Under the pieces are notes generated by a model. That model worked only from the letters and a program-made list of their open reading frames with translations, was not told the origin of the DNA and made no database searches. Of a DNA stretch of 64,000 nt, positions 12,057 through 21,001 are shown piece after piece. The stretch comes from Prochlorococcus sp. AG-347-K17. GTDB lineage: Bacteria; Cyanobacteriota; Cyanobacteriia; PCC-6307; Cyanobiaceae. Position 1 is the stretch's first letter, and each line of letters opens with the position of its first letter. The stretch lies in assembly GCA_003281385.1 (NCBI GenBank), contig QCCE01000003.1:34031-98030 (forward strand), given 5' to 3'. The translations under genes were made by a program, and so were the position numbers.

Positions 12057-12128
12057 TGGGCCGTCGCCAAGTGGTAAGGCATCGGGTTTTGGTCTCGACA
12101 TTCCTAGGTTCGAATCCTAGCGGCCCAG
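12057..12128 (+). tRNA. tRNA-Gln (anticodon UUG)
   Basis: Manual cloverleaf, 72 nt. Acceptor TGGGCCG/CGGCCCA with the U1-A72 pair seen in bacterial tRNA-Gln. Anticodon stem TCGGG/CTCGA, loop TTTTGGT. T-arm CTAGG-TTCGAAT-CCTAG. Confidence 0.9.
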
Positions 12129-12141
12129 TTTTAATATTCAA

Positions 12142-12921
12142 TTGGTGTCTTTTCAAAAAATATTTCTATTTGATTTCGATGGAGTAATAGTCGATGGAAT
12201 TAAAGAATATTGGCATAGTTCACTGCTGGCTTGTGAAAAATATTTAAATTCACCCTACATCTATGTTGATCAAAAACTTTATAAAAGAGCACCCAATTTA
12301 TTTAAAGAAATTAGGCCTTCGGTTAAATATGGTTGGGAAATGATTTTAATTGTTCATGAAATTATAAAAACAGAAAATCCATTAAAAAATAATAATAAAG
12401 ATGATTTCATTAATAATTATCACCAAAATTGCCAAAGATTATTAAATGAAAATTCCTGGATAGCAGGAGATTTACAAAAAATATTAGATAAGTCTCGAAA
12501 CTACCAAATTGATAAAGATTTTAAATCATGGGTAAATTTACATAATCCATTTTTTGAAATTGTAAATTTTATGAAAGAATTAAGCAAAAGAGGAATAAAA
12601 ACTGGTGTTATAACAACAAAAGGAAAAATATTTACAGAAAAAATTCTTAAACAATTAAATATTTTTCCAGAATTTACTTTTGGTTATGAATCTGGAACAA
12701 AAATCAAAATAGCTGAAAAGCTTTCCCAAACTTATGAAATTTTAGGTTTTATAGAAGATAGGAAAAAAACACTAATCGATATTAAACAAAATCCAGAAAC
12801 ATCTCATATTCCATGCTTCCTAGCTGATTGGGGATATTTAAAAGAATCAGATAGATTTAATTTAAGTCACGAAATCAAATTATTAAAATTAGATAGGATT
12901 AAAGATTTAGTTGCAATATAA
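12142..12921 (+). CDS. HAD-superfamily hydrolase-like protein
   Basis: 259-aa ORF. The N-terminal FLFDFDGVIVDG is HAD motif I (DxDG). The rest is lineage-specific. Confidence 0.6.
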   Translation: MVSFQKIFLFDFDGVIVDGIKEYWHSSLLACEKYLNSPYIYVDQKLYKRAPNLFKEIRPSVKYGWEMILIVHEIIKTENPLKNNNKDDFINNYHQNCQRLLNENSWIAGDLQKILDKSRNYQIDKDFKSWVNLHNPFFEIVNFMKELSKRGIKTGVITTKGKIFTEKILKQLNIFPEFTFGYESGTKIKIAEKLSQTYEILGFIEDRKKTLIDIKQNPETSHIPCFLADWGYLKESDRFNLSHEIKLLKLDRIKDLVAI

Positions 12922-12935
12922 AGATAATCAGCTAG

Positions 12936-12949
12936 AGTACAGATGTACT
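12936..12949. promoter_or_regulatory. LexA (SOS) box upstream of recA
   Basis: The palindrome AGTACAGATGTACT (in context GAGTACA-GA-TGTACTA) lies 85 nt upstream of the recA ATG. It fits the cyanobacterial/Gram-positive-like LexA operator RGTAC-N3-D-GTWCB. Confidence 0.7.
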
Positions 12950-13033
12950 ATGGTTTGTATTTATGAAGTTTGGTTTAAATAAAAAATTCCAAATTTAGAA
13001 TAATTACAAGAACTTTAACCGATAAATCAAACA

Positions 13034-14131
13034 ATGAGCCTTGAAGAAAAGAAAAAAACTGAATCAAAAGAAAAAGACAAGGCATTAAGTCTAGTCCTAG
13101 GTCAAATAGAAAGAAATTTCGGACGAGGATCAATAATGAGACTTGGTGATGCCTCAAGAATGAAAGTAGAAACAATATCTACTGGAGCACTCACCTTAGA
13201 TTTAGCATTAGGAGGAGGCTATCCAAAAGGAAGAGTTGTAGAAGTTTACGGGCCAGAAAGTTCAGGAAAAACTACATTAACGCTTCACGCAATTGCGGAA
13301 GTCCAAAAAAATGGAGGAGTAGCTGCATTTGTAGATGCTGAACATGCACTCGATCCAGTTTATGCAGCCTCTTTAGGAGTTGATGTTGAAAATTTGCTAG
13401 TTTCACAGCCAGATACTGGTGAAATGGCTCTAGAAATAGTTGACCAACTTATCAGATCAAGTGCAGTAGATCTTGTAGTTGTTGACTCGGTAGCAGCACT
13501 AACTCCAAGAGCCGAAATAGAAGGAGAGATGGGAGATCACGTAATTGGAAGCCAGGCAAGGCTAATGAGTCAAGCGATGAGGAAAATAACTGGAAATATT
13601 GGCAAATCTGGATGTACGGTAATATTTCTAAATCAATTACGTCTCAAAATTGGCGTTACATACGGCAATCCAGAAACAACCACAGGAGGTAATGCATTAA
13701 AATTTTACGCCTCAGTGAGACTTGATATCAGGAGAATTCAAACGCTTAAAAGAGGTACTGAAGAATATGGTATAAGAGCAAAAGTGAAAGTAGCAAAAAA
13801 CAAAGTTGCGCCACCATTTAGAATTGCAGAGTTTGATATTCTCTTCGGGAAAGGCATTAGTACAACAGGATGTTTATTAGATTTAGCAGAAGAGACTAAT
13901 ATCATAATAAGGAGAGGTGCTTGGTATAGCTATGAAGGGGAAAATATTGGCCAAGGAAGAGATAATACAATTATTTGGCTTGATCAAAACTTGGAAATCA
14001 GGAATAAAGTAGAATCTATTGTCAAAGAGAAATTAACAGAAGGTACTGAAGTCAGTTCTAATTCAATGAAAGCATTAAATAGTAATCCTGCTAATACAAT
14101 CGCTGTTAATGATATAAAAACAGTAGCTTAG
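13034..14131 (+). CDS. recA: recombinase RecA
   Basis: 365-aa ORF with Walker [10 protein letters not shown] and conserved RecA core blocks ([14 protein letters not shown]). Confidence 0.98.
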   Translation: MSLEEKKKTESKEKDKALSLVLGQIERNFGRGSIMRLGDASRMKVETISTGALTLDLALGGGYPKGRVVEVYGPESSGKTTLTLHAIAEVQKNGGVAAFVDAEHALDPVYAASLGVDVENLLVSQPDTGEMALEIVDQLIRSSAVDLVVVDSVAALTPRAEIEGEMGDHVIGSQARLMSQAMRKITGNIGKSGCTVIFLNQLRLKIGVTYGNPETTTGGNALKFYASVRLDIRRIQTLKRGTEEYGIRAKVKVAKNKVAPPFRIAEFDILFGKGISTTGCLLDLAEETNIIIRRGAWYSYEGENIGQGRDNTIIWLDQNLEIRNKVESIVKEKLTEGTEVSSNSMKALNSNPANTIAVNDIKTVA

Positions 14132-14136
14132 ATTTA

Positions 14137-14379
14137 TCAAGAATCAGCTAAAGTCCACCATCCAGCAGCAGGGCCTATAAATCTCACTACAATCCATAAG
14201 ATTACTAACCCTCCAATTCCAAACCAACTAGCCTTAATACTAAATTTAATTAGGTTATCTCTTTGATTAATTGTAAAGGGAAGCCATTCAAATAATTTTG
14301 GAGACTCATCAATTTTAGTTTTAGTACTAATTTTTTTTGAAGGCAAACCAAGTGTTTTTCTTCTTTTTGCTTCTCCCAT
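14137..14379 (-). CDS. small conserved membrane protein (DUF2839-like)
   Basis: 80-aa ORF starting MGEAKRRK with one C-terminal hydrophobic helix. The family name is from memory and uncertain. Confidence 0.55.
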   Translation of the reverse strand: MGEAKRRKTLGLPSKKISTKTKIDESPKLFEWLPFTINQRDNLIKFSIKASWFGIGGLVILWIVVRFIGPAAGWWTLADS

Positions 14380-14408
14380 ATTCCTCTAGTTATTTACAAA
14401 ATCATAAC

Positions 14409-15857
14409 CTAATCAAAAGGTAGCATATAGTTAATTTGCTTTGAGGGTTGAATGTTGTTCAAAAGTAATCTTCCCCAGTTTCTTTTTTTTGCTCTTCCAT
14501 CTAAGATTATTAACTTACCTGAATTTCTTCTTAAAGGAGAAATAGATCTTTCAAGTTTTATTTTAGCTTGAGGGAGAAAGAAGTCTCTAAACCAATCTTG
14601 AGCAAGCTTCTTTTTATGAGAGACTGTTATCGCATTAATAGGTTCAGACATATTTGGAATAGGAAGTAAAGGAATGATAATTTGTTCAGGAATTTGCACT
14701 AAATAAGAATTCATAATCCACCAATCAAAACTAGAGCAAAGAATTTCATTTTTACCAGAGGGAATTGTCTCTACCAATACCCTCTTCCCGTATTTAGCAG
14801 CTAATTCTGTAGCCAGGTTGGTTTTTAAATCATTATCGTCAGACAAAACTAAAGTTAAACCCTTTCTAAAAAGTATTAACTTTTTACATTTATCCAATAT
14901 TGAATTGATAAAGAGAGGATTATTAGGAAGCAACTGTTTAGAGGGTATATATAATGAAATCTGTTTTTCTTCAAAATTACTTTTAAAGTTAATAACCAAG
15001 TCAATATCTAAACTGTGCTTTTTAAAATACATTTGGAAAAAATTATCTTTTCTCAATGCTGATAAAAAAACAAATTTATTCCCTGAAAAAAATTCCTTAA
15101 TTTGAGAAAGTTCATCTATTGGCTGCAAATACAAATTCCAATCCAAATTTGTATCGTTTAACTTTACCCAGCATGCCCAACCTTGAGATAATGCTTTGCT
15201 AACACTTAAAAATTTGTCAGAAAAAAAAGAATTTTCATGAAAAAATTTTGAAAAAAAACTAATTTCTTTTTCATCTAAATTAATATAACTATTTCCTAAG
15301 ACCTTTCTCATAAAGAACTTTTTCATCATCGAATTATAGACTTTTAAAAATTTTTGATTAATTAATTCAAATTCTTTAAAATTTTTTGTCCAATCCTTTT
15401 TTAGTAAAGAAATTCTAAAATGATTTTTTAAATCCTGTTTTATATCCTCAATTCCAGAATAAACTATTCTATGGTTTTTAAGATTAAAAGAATTAGGATC
15501 ATTAAGTAAATCTTTGATTGTTATTAAGCGAACATTATGGTTTGCAAAAGTAAATTGATCTTTTTTAAAAATGAAATTGAAACCTAGATTTTTTAGTGAA
15601 TCAATCTGAAACTGACTTATAAATTGAATTTTTTCTTGAGATAAAATAAAAGTTGAATCCTCCTCCTTTAAGAATAAAGAAATTAAAATTGGAGGTAACC
15701 AATCATAGCTAGAGAAAATTTCTGAATTAATTAGATATGTAGAATCATTTTCAAGACATTTAGAAATTATCCTTCCAAAAGAATATATGTGTTCCCAATT
15801 AATACTTTGATCTCTCAAAAAGTTTTTCAAATATTGATGACTTAAAATTTCAAGCAT
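14409..15857 (-). CDS. conserved hypothetical protein, possibly a DinG/Rad3-like helicase C-terminal domain protein
   Basis: 482-aa ORF. The C-terminal region (GKLIILDGRAKKRNWGRLLLNNIQP) resembles the last motif of DinG-type helicases. No GxGKT Walker A is visible. Confidence 0.45.
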   Translation of the reverse strand: MLEILSHQYLKNFLRDQSINWEHIYSFGRIISKCLENDSTYLINSEIFSSYDWLPPILISLFLKEEDSTFILSQEKIQFISQFQIDSLKNLGFNFIFKKDQFTFANHNVRLITIKDLLNDPNSFNLKNHRIVYSGIEDIKQDLKNHFRISLLKKDWTKNFKEFELINQKFLKVYNSMMKKFFMRKVLGNSYINLDEKEISFFSKFFHENSFFSDKFLSVSKALSQGWACWVKLNDTNLDWNLYLQPIDELSQIKEFFSGNKFVFLSALRKDNFFQMYFKKHSLDIDLVINFKSNFEEKQISLYIPSKQLLPNNPLFINSILDKCKKLILFRKGLTLVLSDDNDLKTNLATELAAKYGKRVLVETIPSGKNEILCSSFDWWIMNSYLVQIPEQIIIPLLPIPNMSEPINAITVSHKKKLAQDWFRDFFLPQAKIKLERSISPLRRNSGKLIILDGRAKKRNWGRLLLNNIQPSKQINYMLPFD

Positions 15858-15952
15858 TTATAATTAATTTAATTTCAAAAACATACAAAATTTATGAACC
15901 TAATATACAAAAAATTGGTATGAATATAAAAGGGTCTTGAATTAATCAATCT

Positions 15953-16792
15953 ATGAAAATTGGAATAGTAGGATTAGGTTTAATTGGCGGTTCTTTAGGA
16001 TTAAAACTTCAAAGTCTAGACCATACAATTTATGGAATAGCAAATAATGAATTAAATGAAAAAAAAGCTAAGGAAAAAAAACTTGCAAATTTCATTAGTT
16101 GTGATCTGAGCTTATTAAAAAAATGTGAGCTCATAATTTTGGCATTGCCTATAAAAGATTTGATCAATCCATCCCAACGATTAGTAAAATCAATTCCTAG
16201 GGGAACAATACTAACCGATGTAGCCTCTGTTAAAGAACCAATTGTAAATACGTGGGAAAATCTACATCCATTATTTATTGGATCTCATCCAATGGCGGGA
16301 ACAGAAAAAAAAGGAGTTGATTCAGGTTTTAAAGGTCTCTTTAATAATGCAAAATGGATTATTACCCCAACACAAAATAGTGACATTAATGCAGTCAGAA
16401 CTCTTTCCAAGCTAATACAATCAATGAATTGTGAAATTTGCCAAGCTTCGCCAAAAGAGCATGATGAAGCAGTTTCTCTAATTTCTCATTTGCCTATTTT
16501 TTTAGCTTCTGCTCTAATTGAAACTGCGCATACAAAAAATGATCAATCTTTGTTAGATCTTACGCAAAAACTGGCGGCTACAGGATTTGCTGATACTTCG
16601 AGAGTCGGTGGCGGCAATGAACAACTAGGCTTAGATTTAGCTATTAATAATCAGATTAATGTTTTAAATGCCATAAATACTTTTAAAAATAAGCTAAATA
16701 TACTGGAATCTCTCATTAAAGAAAAAAATTGGAAGTTACTTTCTAGCAAACTTGCTGAGACAAAAAAAATCAGACAGAATTTTATAAACTAA
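15953..16792 (+). CDS. tyrA: prephenate/arogenate dehydrogenase
   Basis: 279-aa ORF with an N-terminal Rossmann motif (KIGIVGLGLIGGSLG) and HPMAGTEKKG, typical of the TyrA family. Confidence 0.88.
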   Translation: MKIGIVGLGLIGGSLGLKLQSLDHTIYGIANNELNEKKAKEKKLANFISCDLSLLKKCELIILALPIKDLINPSQRLVKSIPRGTILTDVASVKEPIVNTWENLHPLFIGSHPMAGTEKKGVDSGFKGLFNNAKWIITPTQNSDINAVRTLSKLIQSMNCEICQASPKEHDEAVSLISHLPIFLASALIETAHTKNDQSLLDLTQKLAATGFADTSRVGGGNEQLGLDLAINNQINVLNAINTFKNKLNILESLIKEKNWKLLSSKLAETKKIRQNFIN

Positions 16793-18287
16793 AATTTTGT
16801 AAACCCTTGGAAGCTAAAATTTGTCTTGAAACCATTAATGCAGACTGACTAACACCTGCAGTCCCCTCTCCTGGATAAATCGAATCTCCACATAGCCATA
16901 AGCCTTCAAAAGGAGTTCTACTTGAGAGTCCAAATAAACCAAAAATATCCGGATTTTGACCAAGCCCTCCTACTATTCCATAAGGTCTATTTGTCCATTT
17001 TTCAAATCCCAATGGAGTTGCTAATTCCCTATGTAGCCAATTTTTAGGATCAATATCAAATTGACTTTCCAATTCAAGCGATAATTTTTTCATGAAATCA
17101 TTTTTTTTCTTTAAGTAAGTTTGTTTATCTAATTCAAACCAATCTCTAGTCTTAGTAAAGATACTCGCAATTAAAGTAACCTGACCTTTTGGTGCTCTTC
17201 CATCACCATCATCACTAATTGATACAAATAATGAAGTAAATTCTTTCGAAACAAATTGATAATGATTGGAGAAAGTTTTTTTAATATGTTCTTTTTTTAA
17301 TGCTGAGTAAAAAACTACTGCTCCACTTGGATCAGGCAAATTATTGAGTCGATTTTGATAATTTTTTTTCCTTTTTAAAGGATCTTTCAAATGATTAAGC
17401 AAAGATTGTGGAGGTGCGGTATAAACCAAATCTTTTGCTTTGTAAATATAAGATTTTTTTTTCGAATTAGCAGATACTTTCCAACACATATTTACATCAT
17501 CAAAATTAATAGAATTAACCTTCTGTCCTAAAATTAGATTCGCTCCAGTTTTACTCAATGAACTTTCAAGTGCTTGACTTAAAGACTGCATAGATTTTTT
17601 AAGATGCCATAGACCATGAGGTTCTTGACACATCTGAAGAACAGTAGATCCATATAATGCAGCTGTGTTATAAACATCTTCTTGAGAATAAAGTTTTAAT
17701 TGAAGATTTAAGAATTTTATCAAGCGCTCATTCTTAGATAATCCACATATACGCAATAAATCAAAAATAGTGGATTTAAGTAAGATACCTGTGAGGAGAT
17801 TTGACGGTACTAGTGCTTTGAGAAGTTGAGAAAAATCCCAAAAATTGCTTATTGGTAATACGGGATTATTGTTAGCAAATATCCAATTACTTTGATGAAT
17901 GAGAGTGCAAAGTTTCCAAAATCTACTACTCCCAGGAAACTGCATTTCTTGCTCAGCAATCCATTTTCTTTTTTCATACCAAATAGGTATAGGCTGACCA
18001 CCATCATTTAAATCAACAATGCACGCAGGGTCTAAAATTGTGGCCTCTGGAGATGGAATATCTAAAAAATTAAAAATTCTAGAATGAACCCCTCCTTTCT
18101 CTAAACCCGCAACTTGAGTTGCACCAACATCAAAAATATAATTCTTTCTTTTAAAAGTACCCGCACATCCTCCTGATTGAGTATGAGATTCGATTAAATT
18201 AACTGATAAGCCTTGTTTTGATAAAAGCGCAGCAGTAGTAAGTCCTGCTATACCTGCGCCAACAACAACAACTTCAGACTCTCTCAT
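16782..18287 (-). CDS. FAD-dependent oxidoreductase of the CrtI/CrtD/CRTISO (carotenoid desaturase/isomerase) family
   Basis: Dinucleotide-binding motif VVVVGAGIAGLTTAALL followed by ESHTQSGGCAG, and a C-terminal GDSIYPGEGTAG block. I prefer the start at MRESEVV (ATG 18287-18285) over the ORF-track start at 18308. Exact activity is not determinable from sequence. Confidence 0.65.
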   Translation of the reverse strand: MRESEVVVVGAGIAGLTTAALLSKQGLSVNLIESHTQSGGCAGTFKRKNYIFDVGATQVAGLEKGGVHSRIFNFLDIPSPEATILDPACIVDLNDGGQPIPIWYEKRKWIAEQEMQFPGSSRFWKLCTLIHQSNWIFANNNPVLPISNFWDFSQLLKALVPSNLLTGILLKSTIFDLLRICGLSKNERLIKFLNLQLKLYSQEDVYNTAALYGSTVLQMCQEPHGLWHLKKSMQSLSQALESSLSKTGANLILGQKVNSINFDDVNMCWKVSANSKKKSYIYKAKDLVYTAPPQSLLNHLKDPLKRKKNYQNRLNNLPDPSGAVVFYSALKKEHIKKTFSNHYQFVSKEFTSLFVSISDDGDGRAPKGQVTLIASIFTKTRDWFELDKQTYLKKKNDFMKKLSLELESQFDIDPKNWLHRELATPLGFEKWTNRPYGIVGGLGQNPDIFGLFGLSSRTPFEGLWLCGDSIYPGEGTAGVSQSALMVSRQILASKGLQNFSL

Positions 18288-18292
18288 TGAAA

Positions 18293-19171
18293 ATGCAAAA
18301 ATTATCACCCTTTGAAGTTAACGAAATTTGTGATGAATTAGGTGAAAACTATCCAAAAAGTATTGAACCAGTTCATGGTGGCGATATTCATAGTGCCTGG
18401 CAAATAGAATTCTCAAACAGAAAGTTCTTCCTTAAAAAAAATATTAGAAATAAAAAATTTCTTGAATTTGAAAAATATAGTCTTCAAAATTTGAGAAATT
18501 ATATTAATCAAGAACACTTAGTTGTTCCTGAAGTTATTGCATATAAAAATATAAAAAACATAGAGATTCTTGTAGTTGAATGGATAGACATGCATAACTT
18601 TGACCAAAAAAAGCTTGGGAAAGGTTTAGGTGAAATGCACTTAAAATCCGCTGAATCTTGTCCGAAAATGTTTGGGTCTCCAGTTGAGGGTTTTATTGGA
18701 ACAACTGATCAGAGGAAAGGATGGGAAGATAATTGGATAGATTGTTTTTTAAACTTAAGGATAATACCTCAGTTATTAATGCTTAATTCGACAATATTAG
18801 ATAAAAAAATTATAAATAAAGTTATAGAAAAAATTAAATCCGAGTTATTGAATCATAAACCAATAAATGCTTTAGTTCATGGTGATTTATGGTCAGGAAA
18901 TGCAGGAATGGACAAAAGTGGGAAGGGAATTATATTTGACCCGGCATCCTGGTGGGCAGATAATGAAGTAGATATAGCTATGACAAAACTATTTGGAGGG
19001 TTTAGTAAAAATTTCTATGAAGAATATCATAGAATTTTTCCTAAAAAAGACGGATTTGAAAAAAGAATTATTATTTACAATTTTTATCACATATTAAATC
19101 ACGCCAATATGTTTGGAGGAGTGTACTTAAAGGAAGTTAAAGATTACGTAAAAGCAATATTAAATATGTAA
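18293..19171 (+). CDS. fructosamine/ketosamine-3-kinase family protein
   Basis: ORF with the HGDLWSGN catalytic-loop motif and aminoglycoside-kinase-like organisation. I prefer the ATG at 18293 (MQKLSPFE) over the TTG at 18287. Confidence 0.75.
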   Translation: MQKLSPFEVNEICDELGENYPKSIEPVHGGDIHSAWQIEFSNRKFFLKKNIRNKKFLEFEKYSLQNLRNYINQEHLVVPEVIAYKNIKNIEILVVEWIDMHNFDQKKLGKGLGEMHLKSAESCPKMFGSPVEGFIGTTDQRKGWEDNWIDCFLNLRIIPQLLMLNSTILDKKIINKVIEKIKSELLNHKPINALVHGDLWSGNAGMDKSGKGIIFDPASWWADNEVDIAMTKLFGGFSKNFYEEYHRIFPKKDGFEKRIIIYNFYHILNHANMFGGVYLKEVKDYVKAILNM

Positions 19172-19178
19172 TCTTTAT

Positions 19179-19544
19179 CTAACCTAAATATGTCTTTTTA
19201 AGATTTTGTACCTTATCTAAAACAGCTTCACGATTTTCACTCGTACGAAGATTTTGCCAGCTCCATTGCCCAACTACAATTACCCCTAATAGTTCTAGTA
19301 AACCAGGGACAATTGGGAAAAAGTTTATCGTGTCAATGACAACTTTAATTATTATCTGAGCTATTACGACAACAGCAATTATGCCTGCCGCCTTGCCATA
19401 CTTACCCATTTGAGTCCAATCAACATTACCAAGGGTTTCGTTGACTTTTCCCATGACATCAGAATACTTTTCTGAAAAGCTTTTGGTTTCTGAGCTTGTA
19501 TCGGAGCCGGAGTCTTGGTTTGACTCTGGAGTGTTATCACTCAT
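19179..19544 (-). CDS. CAAD-domain / CurT-like thylakoid membrane protein
   Basis: 121-aa ORF with an acidic/Ser-rich N-terminus, two adjacent hydrophobic helices (AAGIIAVVVIAQIIIKVV, PGLLELLGVIVVGQW) and an amphipathic C-terminus. This layout matches the cyanobacterial CURT1/CAAD family. Confidence 0.6.
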   Translation of the reverse strand: MSDNTPESNQDSGSDTSSETKSFSEKYSDVMGKVNETLGNVDWTQMGKYGKAAGIIAVVVIAQIIIKVVIDTINFFPIVPGLLELLGVIVVGQWSWQNLRTSENREAVLDKVQNLKKTYLG

Positions 19545-19837
19545 GAATTCAGTAAACTTAATATATGAACCAGACAGTATCGGAAAAAACGTCTATTGAC
19601 TACCTTTTTGTTGTGCAAAATTCCGAACCGAAACATTTTGTATTTTTTTAGAGGCTTTGGTATATAAAGTTTCTGAAGATATTTAAACTTAAAATTGATT
19701 TACAAAAACTTCACATTATCCTCTAGTTCTAACAAAAACGTTAACAAATCATACTAATAAGGAAAATTTAAAAGGCTAAGTTTTTATTCCAATTATTATG
19801 TTTTCATGGTTTAACTCGCAAAAATTAAAAGATAGAT

Positions 19838-21001
19838 ATGTCCAAAGATATCAAATTTAATTTCTTAAACTCTGAGGAAGAAGAAAGATATCAAAAACAT
19901 TTGACCCTCAAAGAGATAGGTTATGAGGGTCAACTAGAACTTAAAAACAGCTCAGTATTATGCATTGGTGCAGGTGGGCTTGGTTCTTCCGTTTTGATTT
20001 ATCTTGCCGCAACAGGAATTGGGAGAATTGGAATAGTTGATAACGATAAGGTTGAGAAGTCTAATCTCCAGAGACAGATAATTCATGAAACAAATACTAT
20101 TGGCAATCTTAAAATTGATTCTGCTGAGGAAAGAATTAAAAAATTGAATCCTAATTGTGAAATATTAACCTTTTCAGAGAGAATTAATCCTAAAAATGCT
20201 TTAGAAATAGTGAAGAAATTTGATATTATTTGCGACTGCTCGGATAATTTTGGTACTAGATATTTAATAAATGATTCATGCCTGATATTAAATAAACCTC
20301 TAGTCTTTGGAAGTGTACAAGGCTTTGAAGGGCAAGTGAGTGTTTTCAATTTATATAAAAATAGTCCTAATTTAAGAGACTTACTTCCAGAGTCACCTTC
20401 AAAAAATGCTATTCCAAGCTGTGCAGAATACGGGGTAGTAGGTGTTTCAACAGGTTTAATAGGAATTATTCAGGTTAATGAAATTATCAAAATCATTTTG
20501 AAAAAAGGTGAAATTTTAGATGGGAAGATTTTAATTTTTGATCTTTTGAATATGAAAATGAAAAAATTACACCTTCAAAGTGATCAGTTAAATAAACAAA
20601 TTAAAAATCTGTCACAATTTGAGAACTTTTACAATAATGATGAATGTTGTGAGAAAAATAATGAAATCAATATTATTAATGCTAATGAATTTAATAGTTT
20701 GTACAAAGCAAAACCCGACAAAATTCTTTTAATTGATGTTAGAGAAATTGAAGAATTTTCTAATTCTGCAATAGAGGGATCTATATCAATTCCCTTAAGT
20801 CACTTAGACCAAGAATCTGACTTAAAATTTATTCAAAAAGAAAGTTTAAGTAAAGAGGTTTTCACTATATGTAAATCGGGGAAACGTTCTAAAAAAGCAT
20901 CAAGAATCTTGTCTCAATTCAAAATTAAGTCAAGATCTATTGAAGGCGGCTTTGAAAAGGTAAAAAAATATTATGAAATTAATAATTTTAAGAATATTTA
21001 G
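19838..21001 (+). CDS. moeB: MoeB/ThiF-type adenylyltransferase with C-terminal rhodanese domain
   Basis: 387-aa ORF with the E1-like nucleotide-binding motif (VLCIGAGGLGSSVLIYLAATGIGRIGIVDND) and a C-terminal rhodanese active-site loop (CKSGKRS). Confidence 0.85.
   Translation: MSKDIKFNFLNSEEEERYQKHLTLKEIGYEGQLELKNSSVLCIGAGGLGSSVLIYLAATGIGRIGIVDNDKVEKSNLQRQIIHETNTIGNLKIDSAEERIKKLNPNCEILTFSERINPKNALEIVKKFDIICDCSDNFGTRYLINDSCLILNKPLVFGSVQGFEGQVSVFNLYKNSPNLRDLLPESPSKNAIPSCAEYGVVGVSTGLIGIIQVNEIIKIILKKGEILDGKILIFDLLNMKMKKLHLQSDQLNKQIKNLSQFENFYNNDECCEKNNEINIINANEFNSLYKAKPDKILLIDVREIEEFSNSAIEGSISIPLSHLDQESDLKFIQKESLSKEVFTICKSGKRSKKASRILSQFKIKSRSIEGGFEKVKKYYEINNFKNI

Noticed and set aside
11932-12156. 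74-aa minus-strand ORF.
   Set aside because: Its translation (GPLGFEPRNVETKTRCLTTWRRP) is simply the complement of tRNA-Gln read as protein.
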